A DNA stretch of 64,000 bases from Ylistrum balloti. Its lineage: Eukaryota. Positions 51,401 through 64,000 of the stretch are shown in pieces; the stretch's first letter is position 1, and every line of letters starts with the position of its first letter. Position numbers and translations under genes: made by a program. The stretch covers positions 1,364,001 through 1,428,000 of the forward strand of contig NW_026782401.1 of NCBI RefSeq assembly GCF_031769215.1. Reading direction: 5' to 3'. The notes under the pieces were generated by a model. That model searched no databases and had not been told where the DNA came from. It worked only from the letters and a program-made list of their open reading frames with translations.

Positions 51401-54184
51401 CATAACAACGTTGTTTTACATTAATAGAAAATGTTTAGGAATTATACACATGTTTGATTTTCATGTCCTTAATTCTCTCGAAGGGATCAGCAGTCGGTTT
51501 CCGCGATGAATATATTTAACCATAATTCTGCATATTTCAGTTTGAAGTATAGCTATGCACATACATTTTAGAATGAAAATTAACTTTTTTCGTGGAAATC
51601 AACGGGAAACATTTTCGAAGAAGAATCATTACTTTTAATTTTGTTTTGAAACAGCAATTGATCGAATCACAGTGAAAGTGGACCTATCCATCTATATTTC
51701 ATACTTATTGACGTCAGCTATCAACCCAAAGCCTCTGGGATCACTGTGTCTAATTGCAAGTTTGCGTTGAAAGGTACTTTATTATGGTCGCGTGTGAGAC
51801 TTTTATTCAGTCATTTACAATGTATGCATTCTCTATTATATGTTATTAAATTTTAAATTACTATGTAAATGGCAGAGAATAAAACTACATTCATAGACCA
51901 TGGCAAACATTCGTATTTAAACAAAACCGGATATGACAACAAACGATTTTTGATGTATCTAAATTGCAATATTACTGGGCTGTGTTTTTTACGATTTAGC
52001 ATGTTTACACAATGATGGTTAGGAACCACGCTAGAAACGTTTTAGAAGCTGCGACGTAAGCTATACGCACACGTGTTGCAGATCCGTAACTGACACCAAG
52101 CTGTCGCTCTCCGCAACTGGTGAGAGCGTTTTGAGGTACACCAGCTGGTCACGCTAGCATACATCCGTAGGCCAAAATATGTAAATTATGACCGCAAAAC
52201 AATGCATGATAAGTCTTGCGTTGAATACAAAATTGAAAGCCCCTTTTTTCTGGTGGGTTGACACAGCATTATGTGGCTGAATAACACGTGTTCCAGTTAG
52301 TATTCAGTCCTCATCAAAGCCTGTCATTTGCAGCAAATTTGCCTGAAGCTTAATTTTGACCAGTAAAATATCCGGGAACAATTGCGATGAACCATAAAAG
52401 ATGTGTTATTTTTCTGATATAAAGGTTTTTTTTTTTTCTTTCAATAATTCTGATTTTTATGAAGTAGCAATTGAAATATTCACTATATTCATCTGGTTTT
52501 GAAAATATAGATTATTTCTAGAGGATATTTTCTATGTCTATTCTACTTACCACAATGAACTTACTCTCTCCCATCGTTATCATATCATTAGTGATTAAAC
52601 TCCGAGACACATTTCATTGATGTACAATTGTCCCTTCAAATGATCTACGCGACCTATGGTCCATTTCATCGTAAAAGAATTGTAGGTTACCACATTGTGT
52701 CAATAAAGATATATCGCTGACCGACAGACAACACGTTCTTCACCTCTGTCGCGGTCATCTGATTGTGAACCTGACAGGAATAAATTCAATAAAAGTAACA
52801 TTCAAAATTCAACGATTAACTTTCTTTTATAAGAAAAGTCAGTACTTCAAATTAATATGAGAATCTGTTTTAACCTCGCTTTAGGGTTAAATGAACACAC
52901 TCTTTTCTAATGCCGTCCATGATCCCATGTTGAAAAAGACTGTGAAAGGCAAATTCATTACGCATTAAAAGTAACAGTAGTATGACAGGACACCTGTATG
53001 CCGGACATGACCAACGTCAATATCACATGACGTTTGCCCCTGTGTTGATAGAAGCAATACATAGAAGACGCCACACCTTTTTGTATGTAACATAGTATAA
53101 AGTGTTACTATATCTACAGGATATCATTATACGAATTTCTAATATAAAAGAATCATATAAATACACATATCGGCTTGGGCATCATTGACAATATATACAG
53201 CACTTTAAATGTGGTTTTGAAATCAAATGTTTTATTCTACAATTATTATCTGTCTTCTTTACCTGTTTCTATTCGAAGATCCACCGCTTTCAGAAGAGAA
53301 TACAAACACATCGTACGATATTTGTTTACTAATCCGGGGGGAGGTGACAGGTATGTTTAGCGACATAGCTCCAGGAATTTGTCCGGTGTAGTTTTTCATA
53401 GGCTTTCCTTTAACCTGTGACAGAAATAACGGGACTTACATCCTCGGGTCAAGCACACAGTCCCTTTAGCAAAGTATAGCATTACAGTTGTCAATTTACT
53501 AAAGATAGTATATACATCGGCGACAAGAATGTCTTGTGCAATTCATATTTCTTGCGCTTGATTTCGCAGCATAAACACTATTTACGAGAATTTAACGGAT
53601 TACAAAAGACGAAATGAAACGAGATAGAAAAAAAAATCTAATGCGTTTGCTTGAAACGTTAAATAACCTTAGCGGAAGCTTCAAAAGACAAACAGGTGAA
53701 AAGTGTCATTTGATACAAATTTAGATAAGATATACCACAGTCAAATAATTTACTAAACTTCATCATACAGCTGTTCCATCCTTCTAGAACACACAAGTAA
53801 TGTCATTGATCTAAATGTTAAATCTAGGAAGCGACAGAAGCAAGACTTAAGTGATCGAAAGAGATGTCAACTACTAGATGGGGTTATACACTAACGCAAT
53901 AATGCAGTAAATTTCGTTATATTCATATATCTGATAATTTAAGAATATCAATCACATGTGTTTTATATTCTGAACCATGCCACTATTCCTCGCCCCCAAT
54001 ATTCATAAAAGGCACTCTAGACACTTTTATTTAAAATATGAAAAATTGCAATCTTTATTGCATAATTATTTTGAAATTTTTGGAAGTGGATGCTGTAATA
54101 CACATATAATTGCAAGGAATATTGGGACACGATGTCAGTACGACATTTTAAAGTATAGCATTATACATATTTCATGAAATAGTG

Positions 54185-54420
54185 AAGAAGATTGTACAAA
54201 AGACATCCAGGTGAATAACGCCATTCAATACCAATTTAGAATAAGAAAAAGTGATGCCGAAACATGGAATAAACTGCATCATACTGCTGTGTTGTCCTTT
54301 CAAAACTCTTCAGTGATGCTAAGCGCCTTATGTTGAAACTTAGTTGCAGAAAGAAGAAAATCAAAATCGATCGAAGAAAATGTCAGTATCTAATTGAGAT
54401 GTACTAGACAAAGTGCGAGC
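54185..54420 (-). mobile_element. second copy of the hammerhead-bearing element
   Basis: Shares the exact 16-mer TCTTTTGTACAATCTT (3014-3029 versus the reverse complement of 54188-54203) and TGATGCAGT..ATCCA.TGTTT.GGC flanks with the 2.9-3.4 kb element. Confidence 0.7.
54276..54319 (-). ncRNA. mutated minimal type I hammerhead
   Basis: Minus strand reads GCATCA CTGAAGA GTTT-TGAAA-GGAC AACA CAGCAG TA TGATGC. Stem I is a perfect 6 bp, but GAAA is mutated to AACA, so it is predicted inactive. Confidence 0.7.
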
Positions 54421-55184
54421 TGTAGGCTTTATATGCGGATTACCTTGCACTGTATTCATGAACGTTTTATGGTATACAAAAGGACAGTTGTGAATAATAA
54501 CCACTAGACGGAGAAAGTTTATATGTACTACTGTAGGTACCTTCACCGGAAAGATATTCCACCAACTCTTCAGTTGATATTTATCAATGGAAATATAAGC
54601 ATTTCTGGGTCAATGAGGTTGATGTTTCATTGCAAGTCAAAGCCTTTCCATCATTGATACGATTATTAAGAATTTACATTTTATTTTCATTCTTATCTAC
54701 ATATCATACAGGTATTAAAAAGATAGAAACATTCATTTGAAAGAGCAAATGTAATGAGACATTGGAAAGTAAAATATGACGAGTTATTTTAAAGTTGATA
54801 TTTTGTTTGTAACCGCTTTCCATATATTGTTTTGATGACGTACTAGTAAATCTTAAAACTTGCTGGGTTTCAATTATTGTAAATAGTAAAGCAGAAAGAT
54901 AGCACAATATTTTGTGGAATGCAATTGGTTTCCGTGACAATCTCTCATTTGTTTATTTTTCCTTCTCGTGTTATAGGCTTTGTACTTTATACAGATAGTG
55001 TTGACACATCGGTAGTTTCCTTTTGTTATTTGTCTTGATATTGGAATCAACGAATGATGAAGGAATGCTTCAGCCATTTGCTTTTTATCAGATTCCCTAG
55101 TATGAGGATACATATTTTGGAATAAGGAATAAGGAGCTTGTTATTTATCACTAATAGAAACGAACGTTAATCCAGGTCACGGCA

Positions 55185-55450
55185 AACTCTGCATCCGTTT
55201 TCTTTTTCTACAGTGAAACCAACATGAACAGAATTTGCCAAGTTGTATGACAAGTATGATGATTTCAGTTTCCTTATGAATTTTCCACTTCTTGATGGCA
55301 ACAACCCTCCACTCTCAACCTATGATGTTAATATGGCGCAGTAGATTCAATATCCTAGAACCTGTTCCCAATATCAAGATTTTGGCTACCGACAAACTCA
55401 CAACAAAATGTTTCGAAAGATGCAAGTAGATAAATGTATGGGTGAGGTTT
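55185..55450 (+). mobile_element. Penelope-like reverse transcriptase fragment (pseudogenised)
   Basis: From 55237: AKLYDKYDDFSFLMNFPLLDGNNPPLSTYDVNMAQ*IQYPRTCSQYQD, matching TKLYDKRDDF.F.IVNFPFL..N.P....YGVYISQLIRY.RACS.YQDF. Confidence 0.85.
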
Positions 55451-55736
55451 ATTAGTCGTTGAGAAATGTTCGATTTCTTCGTACGGTATGAAGCTGGGCG
55501 TATTTGGTGCTCATTAGTATGTCTAATGTTTCCCAATTGTTGTTCACTTTGTTCTTATTTGGAAACATTACTTACTTGAATCGATCAGGGTTTACTATGC
55601 GGTACTTGTCAATGACGACTGCCCTTCTATAACACCCGACATTATTCTCCACCTAGCATTTCTTCAGAAGTCTTTGTCTTTATTTTTCGTTTTTGTGATT
55701 GTTGTATACCTACCTATGTACAGCGGTTCTCTTCAA

Positions 55737-55880
55737 GGGGCCTCGATGGCCGAATGGTTTAAGCGCCTTATTGTCTTTATAACCAACCCTTCAACACTGG
55801 ATCGCAGGGTCGAGACCTACGTGGAGAAGTAGCCAGTTACTGGCCGCAGGTCAAACTCTTTTCCGGGAACTTCAGCTGTT
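55737..55880 (+). mobile_element. tRNA-derived SINE remnant
   Basis: Pol III A box TGGCCGAATGG (55747-55757), degenerate B box GGGTCGAGACC (55807-55817), and downstream TTCCGGGAACTTCAGCT resembling the Meta/V-type TCCGGGTACTCCGG central motif. No intact cloverleaf. Confidence 0.7.
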
Positions 55881-56184
55881 GGCTATTAATTGGACGTGCA
55901 GCAAATAAACGACCCACTTCATTTTCTCTGTTGTTAAGAATAAAATGCAAAACAACAGGTTGTCTTGTGGTTCCAAAATAAGGTTTCCACTCTTATGACA
56001 AATGTGTTGTCAACTGTCTACTTCTTTCTTCATTATTTTTTATTTTCTTCGATAGCTCTATATTGTAACGGTAACTGTGAATATTCAATTGATTGGTCTA
56101 TTTTGTAAATTTTCATGAAGTTATTTTGATAAATCATTGTCCTGCTTATCAGTTTGGTTTGGTTTGGAAGTTAACGTCTTACAT

Positions 56185-56515
56185 GTATCAACAGCCATGG
56201 TCATTTAAGAGCAGTCACTCGATGTATGCGAGGTGAGTGCATATGTTGAGAGGTTGTGTTCTTTGAAGGTTGCAGTATGACCGTGTAGCCTCCTTGTGAC
56301 AGTGCGGAACTGAAGAGAATTTCAAAGTGCTACCACACTGAGGTATGATGCTGAAGGCTGCCATCGGAGTACCTGGTCACGTTATACTGACAACAGGTGA
56401 ACCAAATGTGACATTTCAATCATGCTGAATTGAAAGACCTGTGTAGTACCTACCATTTTATAGACTCCTGTATCACTCTGGTATGTCTCGGCCAAAGCCT
56501 CTCCCGCAGTGACCC
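56185..56515 (-). mobile_element. mollusc SINE-like interspersed repeat
   Basis: Contains GGTCACGTTATACTGACAACAGG and GGTATGTCTCGGCC, motifs I recall from a common bivalve SINE family. Not verified by search. Confidence 0.55.
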
Positions 56516-59500
56516 AATGTCAAAGGAGACATTAGGAAGAAGAAACCTCTTTAGACACATAAAAACATAGCTATAAAGAAACATTATTTTTTCTATCATT
56601 TGTATAAGTATATAAGATATAGATATAAAGATCCTAAGTTTAATCACTTGTAGTTGCAGAAATATAATTCTTACGCCATACCTGAAAGGGCAATACATTT
56701 TTTTTTGTGTTCGTTTTTCCACTTTCCAACTTTCTCGATTGTCACGCAACCAACTAATCTGAAGTAAAAGACACACTTTCTAGAATATTATATCAAATTA
56801 GTTTGATGTTAACGTTAGGCTAACTGAAGTATTGTCTTTTAAATTTTCCTTTGTGAAATATTGAGAATAAAGTGCAAAATTGCTGATACATTCTGAGATG
56901 CTTACAGGTGTCAACGAAAATTCTATTTAAAACTGGATATTGTTAACCCTCATACAAATCTATATCAACATTAATTGAGAATATGTCTCATCTATTGGCA
57001 ATTTACCTTTCACTTAGGAATGGGGAATCGCTTGTACGTCCTGTTTGCTCTTGTTATGAATTTGTATAATTTGTAGTTTTTTTTGTTTAAACCGTCAAAA
57101 AAAGAAAAAGGAAACAAAGATAACAAATGAAGAAGTCAGTTAACTTGTTTGATATATTCGAGATATCTCCTGTAAGTATAATTCGTTAGAATACAATATC
57201 CACTGTTTACACCGTATACGTATACTGACCACAGACCCTAATCACGTGACAAGATACGTCAGACATATCACGCTTGACCTCTAACGCCGACAATAGAATC
57301 CTGTCCCCCCCCCCCCCCCTCCCTCAAGAAAACCACACACACAGCAATATTCTTACATACCGGATTCATCTGGCTTTCTGTCATTAAAACTCTGAACCGG
57401 ACGTGACCGATCAACAACTAACATTTCAGGCAGAAATGAAAATCCTGTTGTTTTCTGGGTTTTTTTCTACGTGATCACAAAACATGACAGGTGACAAGGT
57501 ATATGACAATAGACAGCGCAAACAAAGGATTGCACCATGTTGAAATACAAGTAAATATAAACGAATTTTCATGATGATAAGTGTTGTGAATTTTTGTATA
57601 TTTTATTGAAAATAGTTTCTTGAAGCAAAATTGTGTATAAACCGTTAGATCAGGGCCATTTTCTAAAAGACTACTTTACTTATATTGGGTTGAACCGTGA
57701 CTACTAGATAATTAAACGCCAAAATAATCCCAGAATCCATTGATCTGAAAACTGATGGCCTAAAAGTTCGAAGGTCAAATCAGTAAAAAAAAAGTCCGCA
57801 TTAATCTGAAAACTCGTTACTCCGAAACAGGAATTAACAGAAACTCTTATAAGCTAATTCGTCGTCATCCCTACCGTTGCATGATCGTAAGCCGCGACTA
57901 AATGTTTTTGCTAAATATCGTTTTTTGTATTATACCTCCCTTCACACTGCCTCATTTTGTGGCATTTAGTTGAGAGTTCGCCCCTGTGATGGAGGCTTTA
58001 ATGTGTCAATTACATGTACGAACAAAAAAGTCATCATTACACAATTACAAATCCTATGTATGAATAACTTTTAAGTTCCAAAACAACAACCCGCTTTCAA
58101 AACTGAATAATTTTCATTCTGACATGGGGGAATTTAATGTTTTGTTATCCTCCACATGATGTTTAGCTTTTAACAGGATGTAAGTAAACATGTAGACTAG
58201 TCGAGGATGAAGTACATGTAGACTTAAGCTAATCACATTTAGACGGTAGGTGCTGTCAGAATCGAAAATGTTATTTCCAAACTAAATTACAAGATTCACG
58301 CGGAAATAACGGTCGAGAAGTGTACAGTGTCCAACATATAAAGTGCTGGTTAGATTGACCCTATTAATGGAGTGCACTCCCACCGCCTTGTGGTATACAT
58401 GAAGTTATGTAATGTTTCACATACCGATAGCCATGGTATACGGTTGCATCCTATTTAGGATTTTACAGTTTGTATCATAAAACAGAATTAAAAATAAAAA
58501 TAAAACAGGCACGTAAAGATAATAACAGGAGAAATAATTAATCTGGAGGAGGTCGTATGATATCCCTATTTTCGGTATCTCACCCTCTTTACGTTTCTTT
58601 TCTTTTGACTGTCCGTTGCTGAATGGCCACCAGTTATAAACTATCGTACTGTGTCACATTAACTCTGTAGTATGTATGCAATGTTAAACTACATATACTC
58701 CTTAACTCTGGGTGTGTAATGCCCAAAATGACCTGTCCAACATGCTCCCTAATTAATTTACCTGATGAACTAGCACGTGGCCTTCTTTGCCTTGTTAATC
58801 GATACCGCCTTGTTTGTTTACCTGCCCTTTACAAGTTGTTGCATGTTTGTATCTAACCCTTTGTATTCCCTTGTCAGATATATTTACATTAACTTATACA
58901 AAAGGTGCAATTTTAATATCCCACCAATAAATACATCTTTAAGGCGATTAAGAAATAAAGCTCGTTAAATGATTTTTTAGAGTCACAACAAGCTAACCAA
59001 TCTCTAACCCTTCGTACGTTGGTTAGCTCGGGGCATGTCTAATGTCGGACTCACAAACGGTGACATTATTTACGGCCATCGCTGGAAGCTGACACGCGTC
59101 CTGTGCCGTAGGTAGAAAAAATCTGTGGTATCCTTGTAAAAAGGATGAATTCCATAGAATATTGGAAAGTTTTAATCTCTCCCGTATGAGATAGACCTGT
59201 GGTATCCAAACTTGGTTCATCATAAAAAATTTTACTCAGTTAATTAAATTTGTTTTTCCTGTGGCGTTCCGTATGTCAGTGATATAAGATGTCTTGTTAC
59301 TACTATCTGTTATAACCCCTTGGTCGGATAAGTGGACAGCTTAATTAATAACACCATTGTTATCTCGTCTTTTTATTCATTAACCGTATTACCATGTATA
59401 GTCTGGTAATTGGGACATCATTTTATATAAAGCCTAACATGTTACCATGTTGCGATGTAGCACATACTTCCTGTTTAAAAAGTACCATTCAAGGATTTTT

Positions 59501-61699
59501 GTTGTGAAAGTGTCAAAACAAGATATTTCGTGGTTTTAGAATATCTAAATATATAGAACAACTACCTTACAATCCAATAATGTCTTTAATATCCTGTTAT
59601 TACCTGTCATTCAGTTTTTTTCATGAAGTTTGAAATAATATTTACGACATAAAACGATTAAATAAAATCTTATTCTGTGACGTTCCAAAAGATCTGCCCC
59701 AACTCTCTTTAACTATACATGTAGAGAGGCAGTAACGTCCAGTTGTAGACAAAATGGCTGTTCATGTTAGTTCTTTTGCAACAAGATAATCAGGGATTGC
59801 GAAGGAGACGTAGCTGAAAGGAAACTGCATCGGCAAGTGAGGATGGAAGAGGTTCAATTTATGACCATCCGATGATTTTTTTAAAATCCTGAATGGAAGT
59901 CTTAATACCACATACCCTCCAAACAGCGAATTATCACTACAGAAGTTCAATTTTTTTCTTAATAATATATGACTGTAACATTTTTTTTCAATCGATTGAT
60001 GGATATATGAAAACCTGAAATCCTCGGTTGATATATTTTTCGGAGGGTTATAAAATCCTTACTGACTTCTTTCAAAAGCTTTATAATGTTACCATATGAT
60101 AGCTGTTCGCTATATTCGTATGACGAATAAAAAAATCATTACGACATATATATTTTTGTGTGAATTACATTTCCACTTGCCTTTACTTTAAAACTGAATT
60201 TAGAATTCACATATTTATGAGTATTATGATAATTCAACCGTTTAAATGTTGAATAAGAGAGAAAAAAAGACCATGAAACGATGACTTCAGAATATTCATG
60301 TCTTGTCCTCGGACGGGTCCGTATTAACAGATACTTGACGGTGTTCTACGTGTACGGACAGCAATTAATCCACATTCGAAATTATAAAGGCACGAAATCC
60401 CTAGGTGCACTGCTTGAGTTGAACCCTGTTTGTCTTTTTTAGGTTCACAGACCGGCACTTTTTGTAGCCATCTGTTTATTCATGTTCATCACATTTGCAT
60501 AAAATTGGTTGAATAATCCAACACAAGGCGGATAACGTATGGTAAGTATTGATTATGCTTCAAATGTTCGTTACGGCGCTGTCTATTATTCATAACCTAA
60601 CAGGGTTACTCTGGGCAAAATATACAATTTTAATTGATTTTTATTGTGTGTTTAGTCCTAGCGAAAACAGCGAGACAGGTGCTATATGACAGATGTTTAC
60701 CTGTGACATGTTCACCTGTATTTGTAATCAAGGTTCGGATTCTCACTGATTTGGATCAGAATTTGTAATTGTGTAAATGAAAACCGGCGTGACCACTTCA
60801 GTTGTAATGCAAGTCACACTTCAGTTCCTTACGAAAATGGTAAATACGAAATTCTCAAATATTGATAGAAAATTATATCTTTTTACTCTGAAACATGATC
60901 TTCAACATCTATTGTTCTCGTATTAACCATATGATGGCACAATTCACAGAACATTCTTTTGAAAAGCAGTCGAGACATATTTGCATAGTTTTACTAGTGT
61001 TCTGAAGTGAGAACTGTTAAGTAAATGAAATTGTTATAATATAGAAAGGTATTATTTAGTATTAATTATTAATCATTTCATCAGTCAAAAATGTAAAACT
61101 AAATTTCACTGATGCAATCTTTGAAAAAATGAATAACAAAGAGAACAGGGAAGGATTGTTCTGTCATTAATGTGTGACGATATCACTTTCACCGATGTTG
61201 TACATCAATGCTGTTTATAACAGCATATAGCATAGTGTAGTCATGTATCGACATATCATCAATACAATATCACAAAGTGCATCTTCGTCAGAAAGGAGCT
61301 TTATCATAATTATCTATTTATGTGTCTCAATTTACCACATCGAAAAGACAATGCCCATGAACCAGGAGGTTTTGTTGTTTTATTCATGAAAAGTATAAAC
61401 TCTGCTTTTATGCACGTATTCACTAGTGTCTAGTGTCTAGTTTAAAATGTTTTATTTCGCTTGTTGTGTTGGGTAACATGAGAAATATGCATAAAATTCA
61501 TGTCATTTTTAGTTTATTGTGATTTATGAGAAAACCATTCTGGAAGATTACTCTTACTTCCGAGGAGTATAAGGCATTTAAAATACATTTAGTGTTTCAT
61601 CCAGGTATGTGACACGTCCCCAGGGAGGGGGATATGTGGAAGGAAAGCTGGGGGGTCACAGCTCCATATACCCAGCGTGACGACGAATACATCGCGATG

Positions 61700-62140
61700 C
61701 ATTGTCAGATGATAGAGGTATATATCTTAGTTAAGATGAGGTTCGATCCCCGTTCTTGTTGGGAATTCAATACACATATGAATATTTCATGACTTTTATT
61801 TGGTTTTGAGCCCAGCACTGCATCCATATTGTTTACATTACGGAAGTCCCGCGAGGTGGATCTGACAAGTAGACTAATGTAACACTTCATGGCTAATTAC
61901 TCCTTAAACATGATAGATACCGCAGACGTATGGATTTGCCTGAGTTTGTACAAGGCTGATTCTCTTCCTAACTCGGTCCTTTTCTCATCTCGACACCAAA
62001 CTCGAGTGGACGATCGGTTCGGCATTGTTTGACCCCCAGATCACTGTCAGGAACTCTCCTTACACAGAGTCAAAGAAGGTCTTTTCTCGCGACCTTTGGA
62101 GTTGCCGCCTTTTGTGATGACAATTTGACCTAAGTAAAGG
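61700..62140 (+). mobile_element. SINE-like interspersed repeat
   Basis: B-box GGTTCGATCCC at 61740-61750, followed by a GC-richer body (GGATCTGACAAGTAGAC, CTCGACACCAAACTCGAGTGGACGATCG) resembling bivalve dispersed repeats. Confidence 0.45.
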
Positions 62141-64000
62141 TATCATTTATTTCCCTGACAGCGTCTTCACTGCTGTCGTTATGGGAACAATAGTGACTTG
62201 TCCTGTGTGCAAGTTTTGTCCGCCCTCTACTTCACTGAAGGAGTACGGTAGTTTTAGTAGAGGAGGACGGACCAGAGGCTGACGGAAATTAATGGGCTTT
62301 GTTCTTGACTTGACACCAGAATTATGGTGCCGGATTCACAGCTAGGATTCAACATGGACAATCATTACAATAAGAGGGTTATGATAACGGTAACAATGGA
62401 TTTCTCTTACGTGACGTCATTCTAGGCGTCTATAATCCCGTACAACTACACGCACTTTTAAGTACATGTATCCATTCCCCTCAACCCAGTCGTTATGGAT
62501 GTGCCATATACTGCAAAAGGTTATTTTTGAGTTTTTCGATTTTTCGCTAAACTTGTGAATTGAATAGAATCACGAAAAAGAAAGACATTTTTAATATAAA
62601 TCCGACAAAGATAACGGCCCATTTTTTGGCTTCCGTTCACTTACATAACTTATGTTTAAAGCTTCAAACTGAGACAAGTTGAACCAATAGAAACAATATA
62701 ATGTTATATACCTTATACCAAGAAAATGAGAACTGCGCAATATAGACAACCGTCAATATACAAATGTGTTTCATTATGTTTAAAGCATTATATATCTGCA
62801 ATGTGAATGTGTTCTGATGTACATTTGTAAGATCATTCCACTACATAGGTTTCTAACAAACGAGGATAATGAATATATAAAGACACATTTCGAAATATCT
62901 TAACTGTTCCCAGTGTCGTCGAGTTTTTTTTTCTTTTAATTATGTTTTGTATGCTATACAATTTTCAGTGCCAAAATTTCAATTAAAAAATCCAAAAGCT
63001 ATATTATTATCTGTAGACCTCATTTTAAGATACATTGCAAGTAGTAGGACTTATGGAGTCACGTTTTATTTTCAAAACAAGTCGCATGTTATGTTATTCA
63101 ATAAAGGGTTATGATTAAGGTATGATAAAATGACCCAGGCTGTTATTAGGACGAACAGTAATAATTAAAAAACTAAACCAATGTTATCTAAATAAGTTAT
63201 TTGAGAATTTACATTAACGCTTCTGTATATATCCAAATTTCTAGAGCACAAATAAAATAGTTTATCAAAGTTTTTTTTTTTTTTTTTTTAAAGTTTCAAT
63301 AACATTTTTTTTAAATACAGAAATAACAATGCTATATCAATCAATTTACGTGGAGAATAGCTTACAAATCGAGCAACATATTTACACTCCAGTCCAAGGT
63401 TGCTCAAAGGTTATAAAACCACTTGTTAGTATAACTTTTCAATTGTTGCAAGTTAAAAATACAAGGGAGCCCAAGGCAAAATTAAAACTCCAAATATTTC
63501 AATCAAACCTGCCTCAACGAACCAACAGCTATGAAATGATAAATAATATTTCTAATTTTGTTAAAATCATGTTTTAAACTGTTCACTGACCACAGGTTAG
63601 CTGGTTATAACAACTAGGCGCAGGTTTCCAAACCCTCATGGTGTTAATTATTTATGACAATCCGCTATTGCCAAATCTAAATCACAGATATCAAGAACAT
63701 TAAAATCATTTCCTTACCTAAACATTGTAAAAGGATGACAAGTCCAAATGATTTCTGAAATTCATATAAATTCAGTTTGTTATTTTACTTGTAATTTTAA
63801 TACCTAGTTAAGAAAAAAGACATGGCCGAACTTATTTGAATCAAACAAAAGAAAATGATGTTGTACAAATTATAAACGTTGTCCATATTTTTGACTGTTT
63901 ATTGCGAAGACAGATTGAGTCACTACGGTCGGCAATATTACGACGTAAAGACATTAGTGTCGATCACTGAAAAATTCTTCCTACCTTCGGTAGCCAAATT

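Noticed and set aside
55737-55820. Functional tRNA gene
   Set aside because: A and B boxes are present but the spacing is long, no cloverleaf forms, and SINE-like body sequence follows.
13760-61075. TGATTAAT Dfd/Exd-type sites (for example 13760, 29753, 40374)
   Set aside because: This AT-rich 8-mer is expected several times by chance in 64 kb; there is no clustering to support it.
7200-61300. Other CTGA(N)GA occurrences (for example 7209, 13920, 32485, 56330, 58763) as hammerheads
   Set aside because: None has a stem II closed by GAAA plus a compatible stem I and NUH triplet.
42084-64000. mir-993 or a Hox3 coding exon downstream of Hox4
   Set aside because: I found no match to miR-993 arms as recalled, and no second homeobox or YPWM exon, by manual reading. 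A cmsearch/tBLASTn would be decisive.

Overview
AT-rich eukaryotic genomic window, most consistent with a bivalve mollusc (inferred from the Hox protein and the repeat types), from inside a Hox cluster. It holds one intact protein-coding gene, Hox4/Deformed on the + strand (exon 1 36732-37203, exon 2 41767-42083, 262 aa, with YPWM, homeodomain and LPNTK motifs). The conserved mir-10 hairpin lies about 35 kb upstream on the same strand (1473-1551). The rest is non-coding and heavily invaded by repeats: minisatellites of 28, 36, 37 and 48 bp, Helentron/HINE-like elements, tRNA-derived SINE remnants, Penelope-like and RLE non-LTR retroelement fragments, and one 377-N assembly gap. The standout observation is a tandem array of four 45-nt minimal type I hammerhead ribozymes (3237-3412). 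It sits in a retrozyme-like element about 1.7 kb downstream of mir-10 and in the same orientation, and a decayed copy of the same family lies on the - strand near 54.3 kb. Family assignments of repeats come from pattern recognition only; no database searches were run.
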